This document shows, in pieces, positions 56,496 through 64,000 of a stretch of DNA of 64,000 nt. The translations under genes were made by a program, and so were the position numbers. The notes beneath the pieces are model-generated. The model saw only the letters and a list, made by a program, of their open reading frames with translations, was not told where the DNA came from and did not search any database. The DNA comes from Rhodospirillales bacterium. Its GTDB lineage: Bacteria > Pseudomonadota > Alphaproteobacteria > Acetobacterales > Acetobacteraceae. The stretch is taken from positions 46,077 through 110,076 of the forward strand of contig JANYDF010000114.1 of the NCBI GenBank assembly GCA_025359905.1, written 5' to 3'. The first letter of the stretch is position 1. Each line of letters starts with the position of its first letter.

Positions 56496-56712
56496 CGGCG
56501 GGCGTTCGGCCTCGGTTCGGGCGGCAGGAAGGCTGTTCAACTATCCCGGCAGTGTGCCGGTCCGTCGCCAAACAAGATAGCCCTTGCCGCGCCGCAGCGA
56601 AAGCGTCACCGAACGAGAGCGCCACTGCGTCGATGCTCCCTTTCCCGCGAGGGCCGATTGCGCTAGCACCGCAGCAGTCAAACAGTCGACTTTGAGCGAG
56701 AGTGACACCTGA

Positions 56713-57333
56713 ATGACACACGTGGTGAAGTCGGGCATCCAGCGCACGGAATACGCATCGCCGGTTCCCGCCGCTCCCGTCTCCAACCCGTGGATGTTCT
56801 TTCGCCGATGGCTGGCGAACCCGTTGCAAATGGGATCGTTGATCCCTTCGTCGCGAGCGCTGTGCCGCCGGGTGGTGCAGCAGGCCCGGCGCGCGGCGGA
56901 CGAAATCGTCATCGAGCTCGGCGCTGGAACCGGGGTGATTTCCCGCGCACTGCTCGACTCCGGAATTCCGCCCGAGCGGCTGTACGTGGTTGAAATCGTG
57001 CCCGACATGGCCGCCCATCTGCGCCGGGTGCTGCCCGGCGTGAATGTTATCGAGGGCGATGCGCTTTGCCTGAAGGACCTCATCCCGGCGCAATTCCATG
57101 GCCGCGTCGGCACGGTCATTTGCGGCGTGCCAATGGTGCTGTTGCCATTGAGTGTGCAGCAGCAATTTGTCGATGTGATCGAATCGGTCGCCCCTGGCCG
57201 GGGCTTTCTGCATTTTAGCTACTGCGCCACCTCGCCGCTGCCGTCGTCCAAGCTCGGCATGCGCGGCAAGCGCGAGGCCTGGACCCCGCTGAACTTCCCG
57301 CCCGCCTCCGTCTGGCGCTACACGCCGCGCTGA
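56713..57333 (+). CDS. Class I SAM-dependent methyltransferase (phospholipid N-methyltransferase/RrnaAD-like, COG3963-type)
   Basis: 206 aa. MGSLIPSSRALCRRVV...IVIELGAGTGVISRALL (motif I)...VVEIVPDM.... Confidence 0.65.
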   Translation: MTHVVKSGIQRTEYASPVPAAPVSNPWMFFRRWLANPLQMGSLIPSSRALCRRVVQQARRAADEIVIELGAGTGVISRALLDSGIPPERLYVVEIVPDMAAHLRRVLPGVNVIEGDALCLKDLIPAQFHGRVGTVICGVPMVLLPLSVQQQFVDVIESVAPGRGFLHFSYCATSPLPSSKLGMRGKREAWTPLNFPPASVWRYTPR

Positions 57334-57379
57334 AAGGCAGCCCCCCTGCCCCGTTGCGCGGGACAGGGGGGCCACGTGG

Positions 57380-58078
57380 CTAGCGTGCGGCGGCAAACTG
57401 TGTCTTGCCGAATAGCACTTCGCGCTCGGCATCCGTCATGGTGCCCTGGCGCTGGTTGCTCGACAGCACCTCGATGCCGCGCTGCACCGCTGGGCGGGCG
57501 CCAATGGCGTCGTACCAGCGCTGCACCGCCGGATAATCCGCATAGTCGATACCGCGCCGCTCCGGGAAACGCAGCCACGGCCAGGTGGCGATATCGGCGA
57601 TGGAGTAGTCGTTGCCCGCCAGATATTCCGTCTGCGCCAGCCGCTTGTTCAGCACGCCGAGCAGGCGGCGGATTTCGTTGGCGTAGCGGTCCATCGCATA
57701 CGGGATTTTTTCCGGCGCGTAGTGATGGAAATGGCCGTGCTGGCCGAACATCGGGCCGACGCCGCCCATCTGGAACATCAGCCATTGCAGGCAAACATAG
57801 CGCACTGCTGGATCGGCAGGCACCAATCTGCCTGTCTTTTCCGCCAGATAGATCAGGATCGCGCCCGACTCGAACAGCGCAAGCGGCTGGCCGCCGGGCC
57901 CATCGGGATCGACGATGGCGGGGATGCGGTGGTTCGGCGTGATCGCCAGGAATTCCGGCTTGAATTGGTCGCCCTTGCCGATATCGACCGGGATCACCTT
58001 GTACGGCAGTCCCATTTCTTCCAGCGCGATGTGCACCTTGTGGCCGTTCGGTGTCGGCCACGTCCAGACTTCGATCAT
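57380..58078 (-). CDS. Nu-class glutathione S-transferase (YfcG/YghU-like)
   Basis: MIEVWTWPTPNGHKVHIALEEMGLPYKVIPVDIGKGDQFKPEFLAITPNHRIPAIVD...LFESGAILIYLAEKTG closely follows the E. coli YfcG pattern. Confidence 0.85.
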   Translation of the reverse strand: MIEVWTWPTPNGHKVHIALEEMGLPYKVIPVDIGKGDQFKPEFLAITPNHRIPAIVDPDGPGGQPLALFESGAILIYLAEKTGRLVPADPAVRYVCLQWLMFQMGGVGPMFGQHGHFHHYAPEKIPYAMDRYANEIRRLLGVLNKRLAQTEYLAGNDYSIADIATWPWLRFPERRGIDYADYPAVQRWYDAIGARPAVQRGIEVLSSNQRQGTMTDAEREVLFGKTQFAAAR

Positions 58079-58170
58079 CCCGCATCCCCCTGTTGCGATG
58101 CGGCGGATATGGGCAGCCAAGCTGCCAGAACCAGGGCGCGCGGCCTTCGGTTTCGCGCTAGCGTAGCAGT

Positions 58171-61020
58171 ATGCGCGACACCAACAGCATCGACCGCCTT
58201 GCCCTCGCCGGACGCCTGAAGCGGGAAACCACGGCGGAGGTGCTGTTCAGCCGGGCCGATTGCGGCCGCTACGCCACCGATGCGTCGATCTATCAAATGC
58301 TGCCGGTGGGCGTGGCGGTGCCGCGCACGGCGCAGGATGTCGCCGCCACACTGGCAATCGCCCGCGAGGCCGGGGTTCCGGTTTTGGCGCGCGGCGGCGG
58401 TACCAGCCAGTGCGGCCAGACGGTGAACCGGGCGCTGGTGCTGGATTTCTCCAAATATCTGCGCCGTGTGCTGGATATCGACGCCGCCGCCCGTACCGCC
58501 ACCGTCGAGCCCGGCTTGGTGCTCGGCCATCTGAACGCGGCGCTGCGCCCGCATGGCCAGTTCTTTGCGGTCGATCCGTCCACCCACGCGCGCTGCACGC
58601 TGGGCGGCATGGCGGGCAACAACAGTTGCGGCTCGAAATCCATTCGTTACGGGCTGATGGCCGACAACGTGCTGGCCATCGACGCGTTGCTGGCCGACGG
58701 CACGCCGCATCGCTTCGACGCCAGCGCGGCGGCGGGTGCGCCGCGCGTGGCGGTGCTGTTGCAACGGCTCCGCGACTTGGGCGAGGCGGAGGCTGCGGAA
58801 ATTGTCGCGCGCTTTCCCAAGCTGCTGCGCCGGGTCGGCGGCTACAATATCGACGCGCTGTTGCCCGGCCCGCACCCAGCCAATCTCGCGCGGCTACTGG
58901 TTGGCTCGGAAGGCACGCTGGCGATTTCCACCGCGCTGACGCTGAAGCTGCATCCGATCAAACCGCGCAAGATACTCGGCATCTGCCAGTTCCCCAGCTT
59001 TCAGGCCGCCATGCGCGCCACCCGGCATCTGGTGGCGCTGGACCCGGAGGCGGTGGAATTGGTCGATCGCACCATGATCGACCTGGGCCGGGCCATCCCG
59101 ATCTACCGCGCCACCATCGACGCCATGTTGATCGGCCAGCCGGGCAGCCTGCTGATCGTCGAGTTCCACGGCGATGCCGACGCGCCGCTGCTGGCCAAGC
59201 TGGCGGAGTTGGAAACGGCGATGGCCGATCTGGGTTATCCGGGTGCAGTGGTGCGCGCCACCGATCCGGCGTTCCAGGCCCGCATCGCCGAGGTGCGCGA
59301 GGCTGGGCTGAACATCATGATGTCGATGAAAAACGACGCCAAGCCGGTGTCGTTCATCGAGGATTGCGCGGTCCCGCTCGACGATCTGGCTGACTACACC
59401 GCGCGGCTGGAGCAGGTGTTCGCCCGCCACAACGTGAAGGGCACCTGGTACGCGCACGCCTCGGTCGGCTGTCTGCATGTCCGCCCGGTGCTGAACCTGA
59501 AGGATGGCGCGCAAGTGGCCACCATGCGCGCGGTGGCCGAGGAATGCTTTGCGCTGGTGCGCGAGTACAAAGGCTCGCATAGCGGCGAGCACGGCGACGG
59601 CATCGTGCGCAGCGAGTTTCACGCAGCCATGTTCGGCCCGCGCATCGTGCGCGCGTTCGAGGCGGTGAAAGCGGCGTTCGACCCTGCGGGGTTGCTCAAC
59701 CCGAACCGCATCGTGCATCCACCGCGCATGGACGACCGCAGCCTGCTGCGCACGGCGCCGGGTTACGCAGCACTTCCCAGCGTCAATCCGGTTCTGGACT
59801 GGTCCGAACACCCCGCCGGACTGCTGGGGGCAACGGAGATGTGCAACAACAATGGCACCTGCCGCAGCTTCGATGCCGGCAGCATGTGCCCCAGTTACCG
59901 GGTGACCCGCGACGAACGCGATGTGACGCGCGGGCGGGCCAACGTGCTGCGCCTCGCCCTGAGCGGTCAATTGGGGACGGACGGCTTGGCCAGCGGCGAC
60001 GTGGCGGACGCGCTGCAACTCTGCGTGTCGTGCAAAGCCTGCAAGCGCGAGTGCCCGACCGGCGTGGATATGGCGCGGATGAAACTGGAAGCCGCCGCCG
60101 CCCGCGCCGCACGGTTCGGCGTGCCCGCACGCGACCGGTTGATAGCACTCCTGCCCCGGCTGGCCCCATTTGCGTCGCGGCTGCCCGGCATCGCCAACGC
60201 GCTGCCTCGGCGGTTTGCCCGCCGCCTAGGACTGGCCGAGGGCCGCGCGTTGCCGCAATGGCGCGGCGATCCGTTCCGCGACCGTGAGGCGGACGGGCCG
60301 GATGCCGGACGCCCCGTGCTGCTGTTCGCCGACACGTTCAATCGCTGGTTCGAGCCGGAGAATCTGCGCGCGGCGGTTAAGGTGCTGCGCGCCGGTGGAC
60401 TGCGGCCGATTGTGGCAGGCGCGGGCGGCAAGCCGTTGTGCTGCGGACGCACTTATCTGGCGGCAGGCATGGTGGACCAAGCCCGCGCCGAAGCGCGGCG
60501 CGCTTTGGCCGCGCTGGCAGGCGGCTTGCCGGTGCTGGGGCTGGAGCCGTCCTGCCTGTTCACCTTGCGCGACGAGTTTCCAGCCCTGCTGCCCGGCCCG
60601 GAGGCCACGGCGCTGGCCGAGAGGGCGATGCTGCTGAGCGAGTTTTTGCAGCGCGAACGCATCGCTTTGCCATTGCGCCCCTCTGCCAACACAGCGCATG
60701 TGCACGGCCATTGCCACCAGAAAAGCTTCGGCGCGTTCCCGGCCGCACTCGACACGCTGCGGCAGGTGCCCGGCCTGACCGTCTTGCCGATCACCTCATC
60801 CTGCTGCGGCATGGCGGGCGCATTCGGCTATCAGGCGGACACGCAGGCCGTCTCGCGCGCCATGGCTGAGGCTGCCCTATTGCCCGCCGTGCGCGCGGCG
60901 GCGGCGGGCGATGCGATCGTGGCGGACGGCACCTCGTGCCGCGCGCAAATCCATGGTCTGGGCGGACGGACGGCGGTGCATTCGGTGCGGTTGCTGGCGG
61001 ACGCGCTCACCACTTCATAA
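58171..61020 (+). CDS. Fused FAD-linked oxidase / 4Fe-4S / CCG-domain protein (YdiJ-like 2-hydroxyacid dehydrogenase family)
   Basis: 949 aa. FAD_binding_4 N-terminus (ARGGGTSQCGQ), ferredoxin-type Cys clusters (CNNNGTCRSF...CP; CVSCKACKRECP) and C-terminal Cys-rich CCG repeats (LCCGR; SSCCGMAG). Confidence 0.85.
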   Translation: MRDTNSIDRLALAGRLKRETTAEVLFSRADCGRYATDASIYQMLPVGVAVPRTAQDVAATLAIAREAGVPVLARGGGTSQCGQTVNRALVLDFSKYLRRVLDIDAAARTATVEPGLVLGHLNAALRPHGQFFAVDPSTHARCTLGGMAGNNSCGSKSIRYGLMADNVLAIDALLADGTPHRFDASAAAGAPRVAVLLQRLRDLGEAEAAEIVARFPKLLRRVGGYNIDALLPGPHPANLARLLVGSEGTLAISTALTLKLHPIKPRKILGICQFPSFQAAMRATRHLVALDPEAVELVDRTMIDLGRAIPIYRATIDAMLIGQPGSLLIVEFHGDADAPLLAKLAELETAMADLGYPGAVVRATDPAFQARIAEVREAGLNIMMSMKNDAKPVSFIEDCAVPLDDLADYTARLEQVFARHNVKGTWYAHASVGCLHVRPVLNLKDGAQVATMRAVAEECFALVREYKGSHSGEHGDGIVRSEFHAAMFGPRIVRAFEAVKAAFDPAGLLNPNRIVHPPRMDDRSLLRTAPGYAALPSVNPVLDWSEHPAGLLGATEMCNNNGTCRSFDAGSMCPSYRVTRDERDVTRGRANVLRLALSGQLGTDGLASGDVADALQLCVSCKACKRECPTGVDMARMKLEAAAARAARFGVPARDRLIALLPRLAPFASRLPGIANALPRRFARRLGLAEGRALPQWRGDPFRDREADGPDAGRPVLLFADTFNRWFEPENLRAAVKVLRAGGLRPIVAGAGGKPLCCGRTYLAAGMVDQARAEARRALAALAGGLPVLGLEPSCLFTLRDEFPALLPGPEATALAERAMLLSEFLQRERIALPLRPSANTAHVHGHCHQKSFGAFPAALDTLRQVPGLTVLPITSSCCGMAGAFGYQADTQAVSRAMAEAALLPAVRAAAAGDAIVADGTSCRAQIHGLGGRTAVHSVRLLADALTTS

Positions 61021-62008
61021 TCGCTTCCGGCTTCGGCGCGCGGCGGCCGTGGCGGGCGCTGGCCGGGGTGTCCCATTCCTGCACCGGCATGAAGCGCGGC
61101 GCCAGGAAGTGATAAGTGCGCCCGACGCGCAGCCATGCCGCGTCGTCCAGCACCGGCGGTGCGGCCGCCCAATCGGCCAGGATCGGCTCCCAGGCCCGCC
61201 GCGTGCGATACAGCCAATCGCGGTTGGAGCGGATGAAGGCGCGCTGGCTGTCGGCATTGCGCAGCATGACCATCACCTCGCCGGTTTGCGCGTCCACGTC
61301 GATAAAGCGGGCGGCGATTTGGTGCAGCGCCAGTTGGGTAAGCTTGCGGACCCGCGCCAGCATGGTCTGCCGCTCGACATTCACCGTGCCGCCCGCGCTG
61401 AGCGTGCCGAGCCGAATCCCCATCGCCTGCGCGCGCGCGAGCAATTCCTCACGCAGCGATTCGATGAACGACAATTCCTCGGCAATATCCTCCACCACCT
61501 GCATCACCGCAGGCGGGCCGGGCAGGTCGAGCGCCTTTGCCGCCTGCTCGAACGCGCGCTGCACGCGGGCGCGCATGGCGGCGTCGGTTTCCAACCGCTC
61601 AAGTGCTGCCGCATCGGCGCGCGGGTCGGCGGATGGATCGACCCAGGCCATCAATTGCAGGCGTAACTTGCCCGCCGCAATGCGCCGGTACTTGGCGTCC
61701 GGCTGCCAACTGGCCCGCCCGCTAAGCACCTCGTCCGGTAATTTGTCGCCGATGCTCAGGCCGGTTACATAGTCCAACGCCTCGGCGATCAGCCCGAGCA
61801 TGCGGCCGTCGGCGCTATCGTCCTCGATCCCGAACTCGCGCTGCAAGGCGCGCAACGGCACGGCCGCATGGCGTTCCCCGAGCGGGATCACCATCACCGG
61901 CATACCGTCCGCCTCCGCCCGGCGGAAGCTGACGGTGCCGAGCGAGGTGAACAGCCGGTTCTGCAATTGGCAGATCGTAGGCGGGTCGAGCGATTCCATT
62001 TCCGGCAA
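61007..62008 (-). CDS. Hypothetical protein, 333 aa
   Basis: Protein-like composition and the only credible frame in this span. No motif recognised. The 3' end overlaps the convergent ydiJ-like gene by 14 nt. Confidence 0.5.
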   Translation of the reverse strand: MPEMESLDPPTICQLQNRLFTSLGTVSFRRAEADGMPVMVIPLGERHAAVPLRALQREFGIEDDSADGRMLGLIAEALDYVTGLSIGDKLPDEVLSGRASWQPDAKYRRIAAGKLRLQLMAWVDPSADPRADAAALERLETDAAMRARVQRAFEQAAKALDLPGPPAVMQVVEDIAEELSFIESLREELLARAQAMGIRLGTLSAGGTVNVERQTMLARVRKLTQLALHQIAARFIDVDAQTGEVMVMLRNADSQRAFIRSNRDWLYRTRRAWEPILADWAAAPPVLDDAAWLRVGRTYHFLAPRFMPVQEWDTPASARHGRRAPKPEAIMKW

Positions 62009-62038
62009 CCACTAGCCCGCAGCCGGGTAAATGGACGG

Positions 62039-62587
62039 TTAAACGGGCGCCGCCAGTGCCTGCGCCACGGCGGCGCGCAGTTTCACCCCGTCCGGCGCGC
62101 TCCAGGAACTGAACAACCCGGCGATGCGGCCGTCCCGCCCGATCAACACCTTGTTGAAGTTCCAGGCCGGTTCCCAATCCTGGGAATCCTTGACCCAGCG
62201 GTAGAACGGATGCGCCTGCGGCCCCTTCACATGCGTCAGCCCCGCCAGCGGGAACTGCACGCCGTAAATGCCCTCGCAGAACTGCTTCACCTTGGCGTTG
62301 CTGTCGGATTCCTGGTCGAAATCCTGGCTCGGCACGCCCACCACGGTCAGCCCCTTGGGCTGCATTTCGGTGTGCAGCGCCTCCAGCCCCTTGTACTGAT
62401 AGGTGAAGCCGCAGAAACTGGCGGTGTTGGTCACCAGCAGCACCCGGCCTTTGAATTGCGCCAGCGGCAACGTGCCGTCCTCGATGGACGTGAACGTAAA
62501 ATCCCACGCCGCCGGCGGCGCTGCCGCCGCACCAGCCGCCAGCGCCCCCGCCCCGAGTAAAACCGCGCGCCGCGTTGCGTCAGCCAT
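62039..62587 (-). CDS. Glutathione peroxidase with a twin-arginine-like signal peptide
   Basis: Start at MADATRRAVLLGAGALAAGAAAAPPAA (TRRxVLL). Gpx core LLVTNTASFCGFT...GLTVVGVPSQDF...WNFNKVLIGRDG, with Cys rather than Sec. Confidence 0.85.
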   Translation of the reverse strand: MADATRRAVLLGAGALAAGAAAAPPAAWDFTFTSIEDGTLPLAQFKGRVLLVTNTASFCGFTYQYKGLEALHTEMQPKGLTVVGVPSQDFDQESDSNAKVKQFCEGIYGVQFPLAGLTHVKGPQAHPFYRWVKDSQDWEPAWNFNKVLIGRDGRIAGLFSSWSAPDGVKLRAAVAQALAAPV

Positions 62588-63257
62588 AGCGTTCCTCCAG
62601 CCAAGGGTCGGCGTTGTTGTGATAGCCACGGGTTTCCCAGAAGCCCGGCCGGTCGGTGGCGCGCAACTCGATGCGGCGCACCCATTTGGCCGACTTCCAC
62701 AGGAACAGACGCGGGATCAGCACCCGCACCGGCCCGCCATGCTCGCGGCTGATCGGCTGACCTTCCCAGCGATACACCAGCAACACGTCCGGCTGGTCGA
62801 ACTGATCGAGCCGCACGTTGGTGGTGTAGCCGTCGTGCGCATGGAAGATCACGTGGTTCGCGGTCGGCTTGGGCCGCGCCAGGTCCAGCAGCGTGCGCGC
62901 CGAAACCCCCTCCCACCGATTGTCGTAGCGCGACCAGGCAGTGACGCAGTGCATGTCCGACACGCTCGCGGTGGGCGGCAGCGCCATGAATTGATCGAGG
63001 TTCAGGCTTTGCGGATTTTCCACCGCACCATCGACATCGAGGCGGAATTTCTGCACCGTCACGTCCGGTTGAATGCCGAGGTCGAGCACCGGCCAGTCGC
63101 GTACCAGCCGCTGACCGGGCGGCAGGCGTTGCTCATACGCGGCGTCGGCGTGGCCGGTCAGCAAGCGGCCATCGCGCGCCCAGGCCTGCTTGCTGGCGAT
63201 CAGCTTCTCGCGCGGGGCTGGGGTGTCGGAGGCGTCCATCGCGTTGTCCTTTCTCAT
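62580..63257 (-). CDS. Sulfite-oxidase-family molybdopterin-binding oxidoreductase (small YuiH/MsrP-like catalytic domain)
   Basis: PPGQRLVRDWPVLDLG...DMHCVTAWSRYDNRWEGV...REHGGPVRVLIPRLFLWKSAKWVRRIEL...GFWETRGYH. No signal peptide visible. Start at 63257 or 63239. The 3' end overlaps the gpx start by 8 nt. Confidence 0.8.
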   Translation of the reverse strand: MRKDNAMDASDTPAPREKLIASKQAWARDGRLLTGHADAAYEQRLPPGQRLVRDWPVLDLGIQPDVTVQKFRLDVDGAVENPQSLNLDQFMALPPTASVSDMHCVTAWSRYDNRWEGVSARTLLDLARPKPTANHVIFHAHDGYTTNVRLDQFDQPDVLLVYRWEGQPISREHGGPVRVLIPRLFLWKSAKWVRRIELRATDRPGFWETRGYHNNADPWLEERYG

Positions 63258-63380
63258 GCTCGCAAGTGGGGATGGGACCGGCGACGGCAAGCGGCGTTAC
63301 AGTGCTGTGCATGCGCGCTTGACGGCACCCGCGCGGACCGCCTCACTTAGCCGGGCCGTGCCCACGGGAGGGAATAAAAA

Positions 63381-64000
63381 ATGCGCAAGAACAGCGTCAG
63401 CGCTGCGGTCATGACCGCGCCGGGCAAATTCGAAGTCCGCCAATACCCCTACCCTGCGGTCAGCGACGACGCCCTGGTCATCGAGCTTGAGATGTGCGGC
63501 ATCTGCGGCACTGACAAGCACACGTTTCGCGGCGAAACCACCCAGTTCGCGGGCACGCCGGCCGAATCGCACACCCCGTTCCCGATCATCCCCGGCCACG
63601 AGATCGTCGGCAAAGTCGCCGAAGTTGGCAAGAACGCCGCAGGGACGCTGGAATACAGCGGCAAACGGCTGGCGGTGGGCGACCGGGTGGTGATGTGCCC
63701 GGACATCCTGTGCGGCAAATGCTATTACTGCCGCAACACGTTCGGCTTCCCGCTATGCGAAAACATCAAGGGCTACGGCAACGCCTTTTGCTGCGACGAT
63801 GGGCAGCATTTGATGGGCGGCTGGGCCGATTACATCTACGTCCGCCCCGACGCCTTCGTGTTCAAGGTGCCGGACGACATGGAAACGCACATCGCGGTGA
63901 TGGCCGAGTTGATGAGCGTGACCTACAACCTCGATAAAGCCAAAGAACTCTACACCATAGGCGGCGAGGGCTTCGGCTCCGGCGCCACCGTGCTGATCCA
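63381..64000 (+). CDS. Zinc-dependent alcohol dehydrogenase (MDR family), N-terminal 206 codons; continues beyond the right window edge
   Basis: Not in the track because it is open at the edge. GGGAGG SD, then ATG at 63381. My translation: MRKNSVSAAVMTAPGKFEVRQYPYP...LEMCGICGTDKHTF...PIIPGHEIVGKV...GDRVVMCPDILCGKCYYCR (catalytic and structural Zn Cys motifs). Confidence 0.8.
   Translation, partial: MRKNSVSAAVMTAPGKFEVRQYPYPAVSDDALVIELEMCGICGTDKHTFRGETTQFAGTPAESHTPFPIIPGHEIVGKVAEVGKNAAGTLEYSGKRLAVGDRVVMCPDILCGKCYYCRNTFGFPLCENIKGYGNAFCCDDGQHLMGGWADYIYVRPDAFVFKVPDDMETHIAVMAELMSVTYNLDKAKELYTIGGEGFGSGATVLI

Noticed and set aside
56496-56712. Largest intergenic region, examined for a tRNA or structured ncRNA
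   Set aside because: I could fold no cloverleaf or long conserved-looking helices by eye. It is most simply the divergent promoter region for pleD and the methyltransferase gene. A covariance-model scan (tRNAscan-SE/Infernal) would be decisive.

Overview
High-GC chromosomal segment. The conserved gene order looks alphaproteobacterial (erpA-xthA next to dgt-argS-SPOR-nagZ-M50-scpAB-tatBC-serS; pyrB-pyrC'; plsY-dprA-topA-rnr-S41-rpmG), but the taxon is only inferred. I call 56 protein-coding genes and 1 pseudogene; coding density is very high and the largest intergenic gap is about 217 nt. I found no rRNA, tRNA, CRISPR array, transposase, integrase or IS element. Most long ORFs in the track are spurious Arg/Pro/Ala/Gly-rich antisense or off-frame reads, typical of high-GC DNA. 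Two real genes are missing from the track: a giant TpsA-like exoprotein running off the left edge (1..4786, minus) and the 55-codon rpmG (54902..55069). Accessory content: (i) an islet at about 6.8-10.7 kb bracketed by HigBA and MntA/HepT toxin-antitoxin pairs and holding a decayed mtnK remnant; (ii) a two-gene phnX + FAD-oxidoreductase phosphonate module with no phnW; (iii) a Hint (bacterial intein-like) repeat protein; (iv) an AT-richer secreted beta-helix protein; (v) my best candidate for an undescribed system, a tightly packed five-gene minus-strand operon (38779..44096). It encodes an M19 dipeptidase homologue lacking three canonical zinc ligands, an Ldh_2 dehydrogenase, a 550-aa orphan, a DUF3726 protein and a plant-type SABATH methyltransferase. 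All functions come from motif recognition by eye, not database searches. Start codons are best estimates taken from ORF-track frames.
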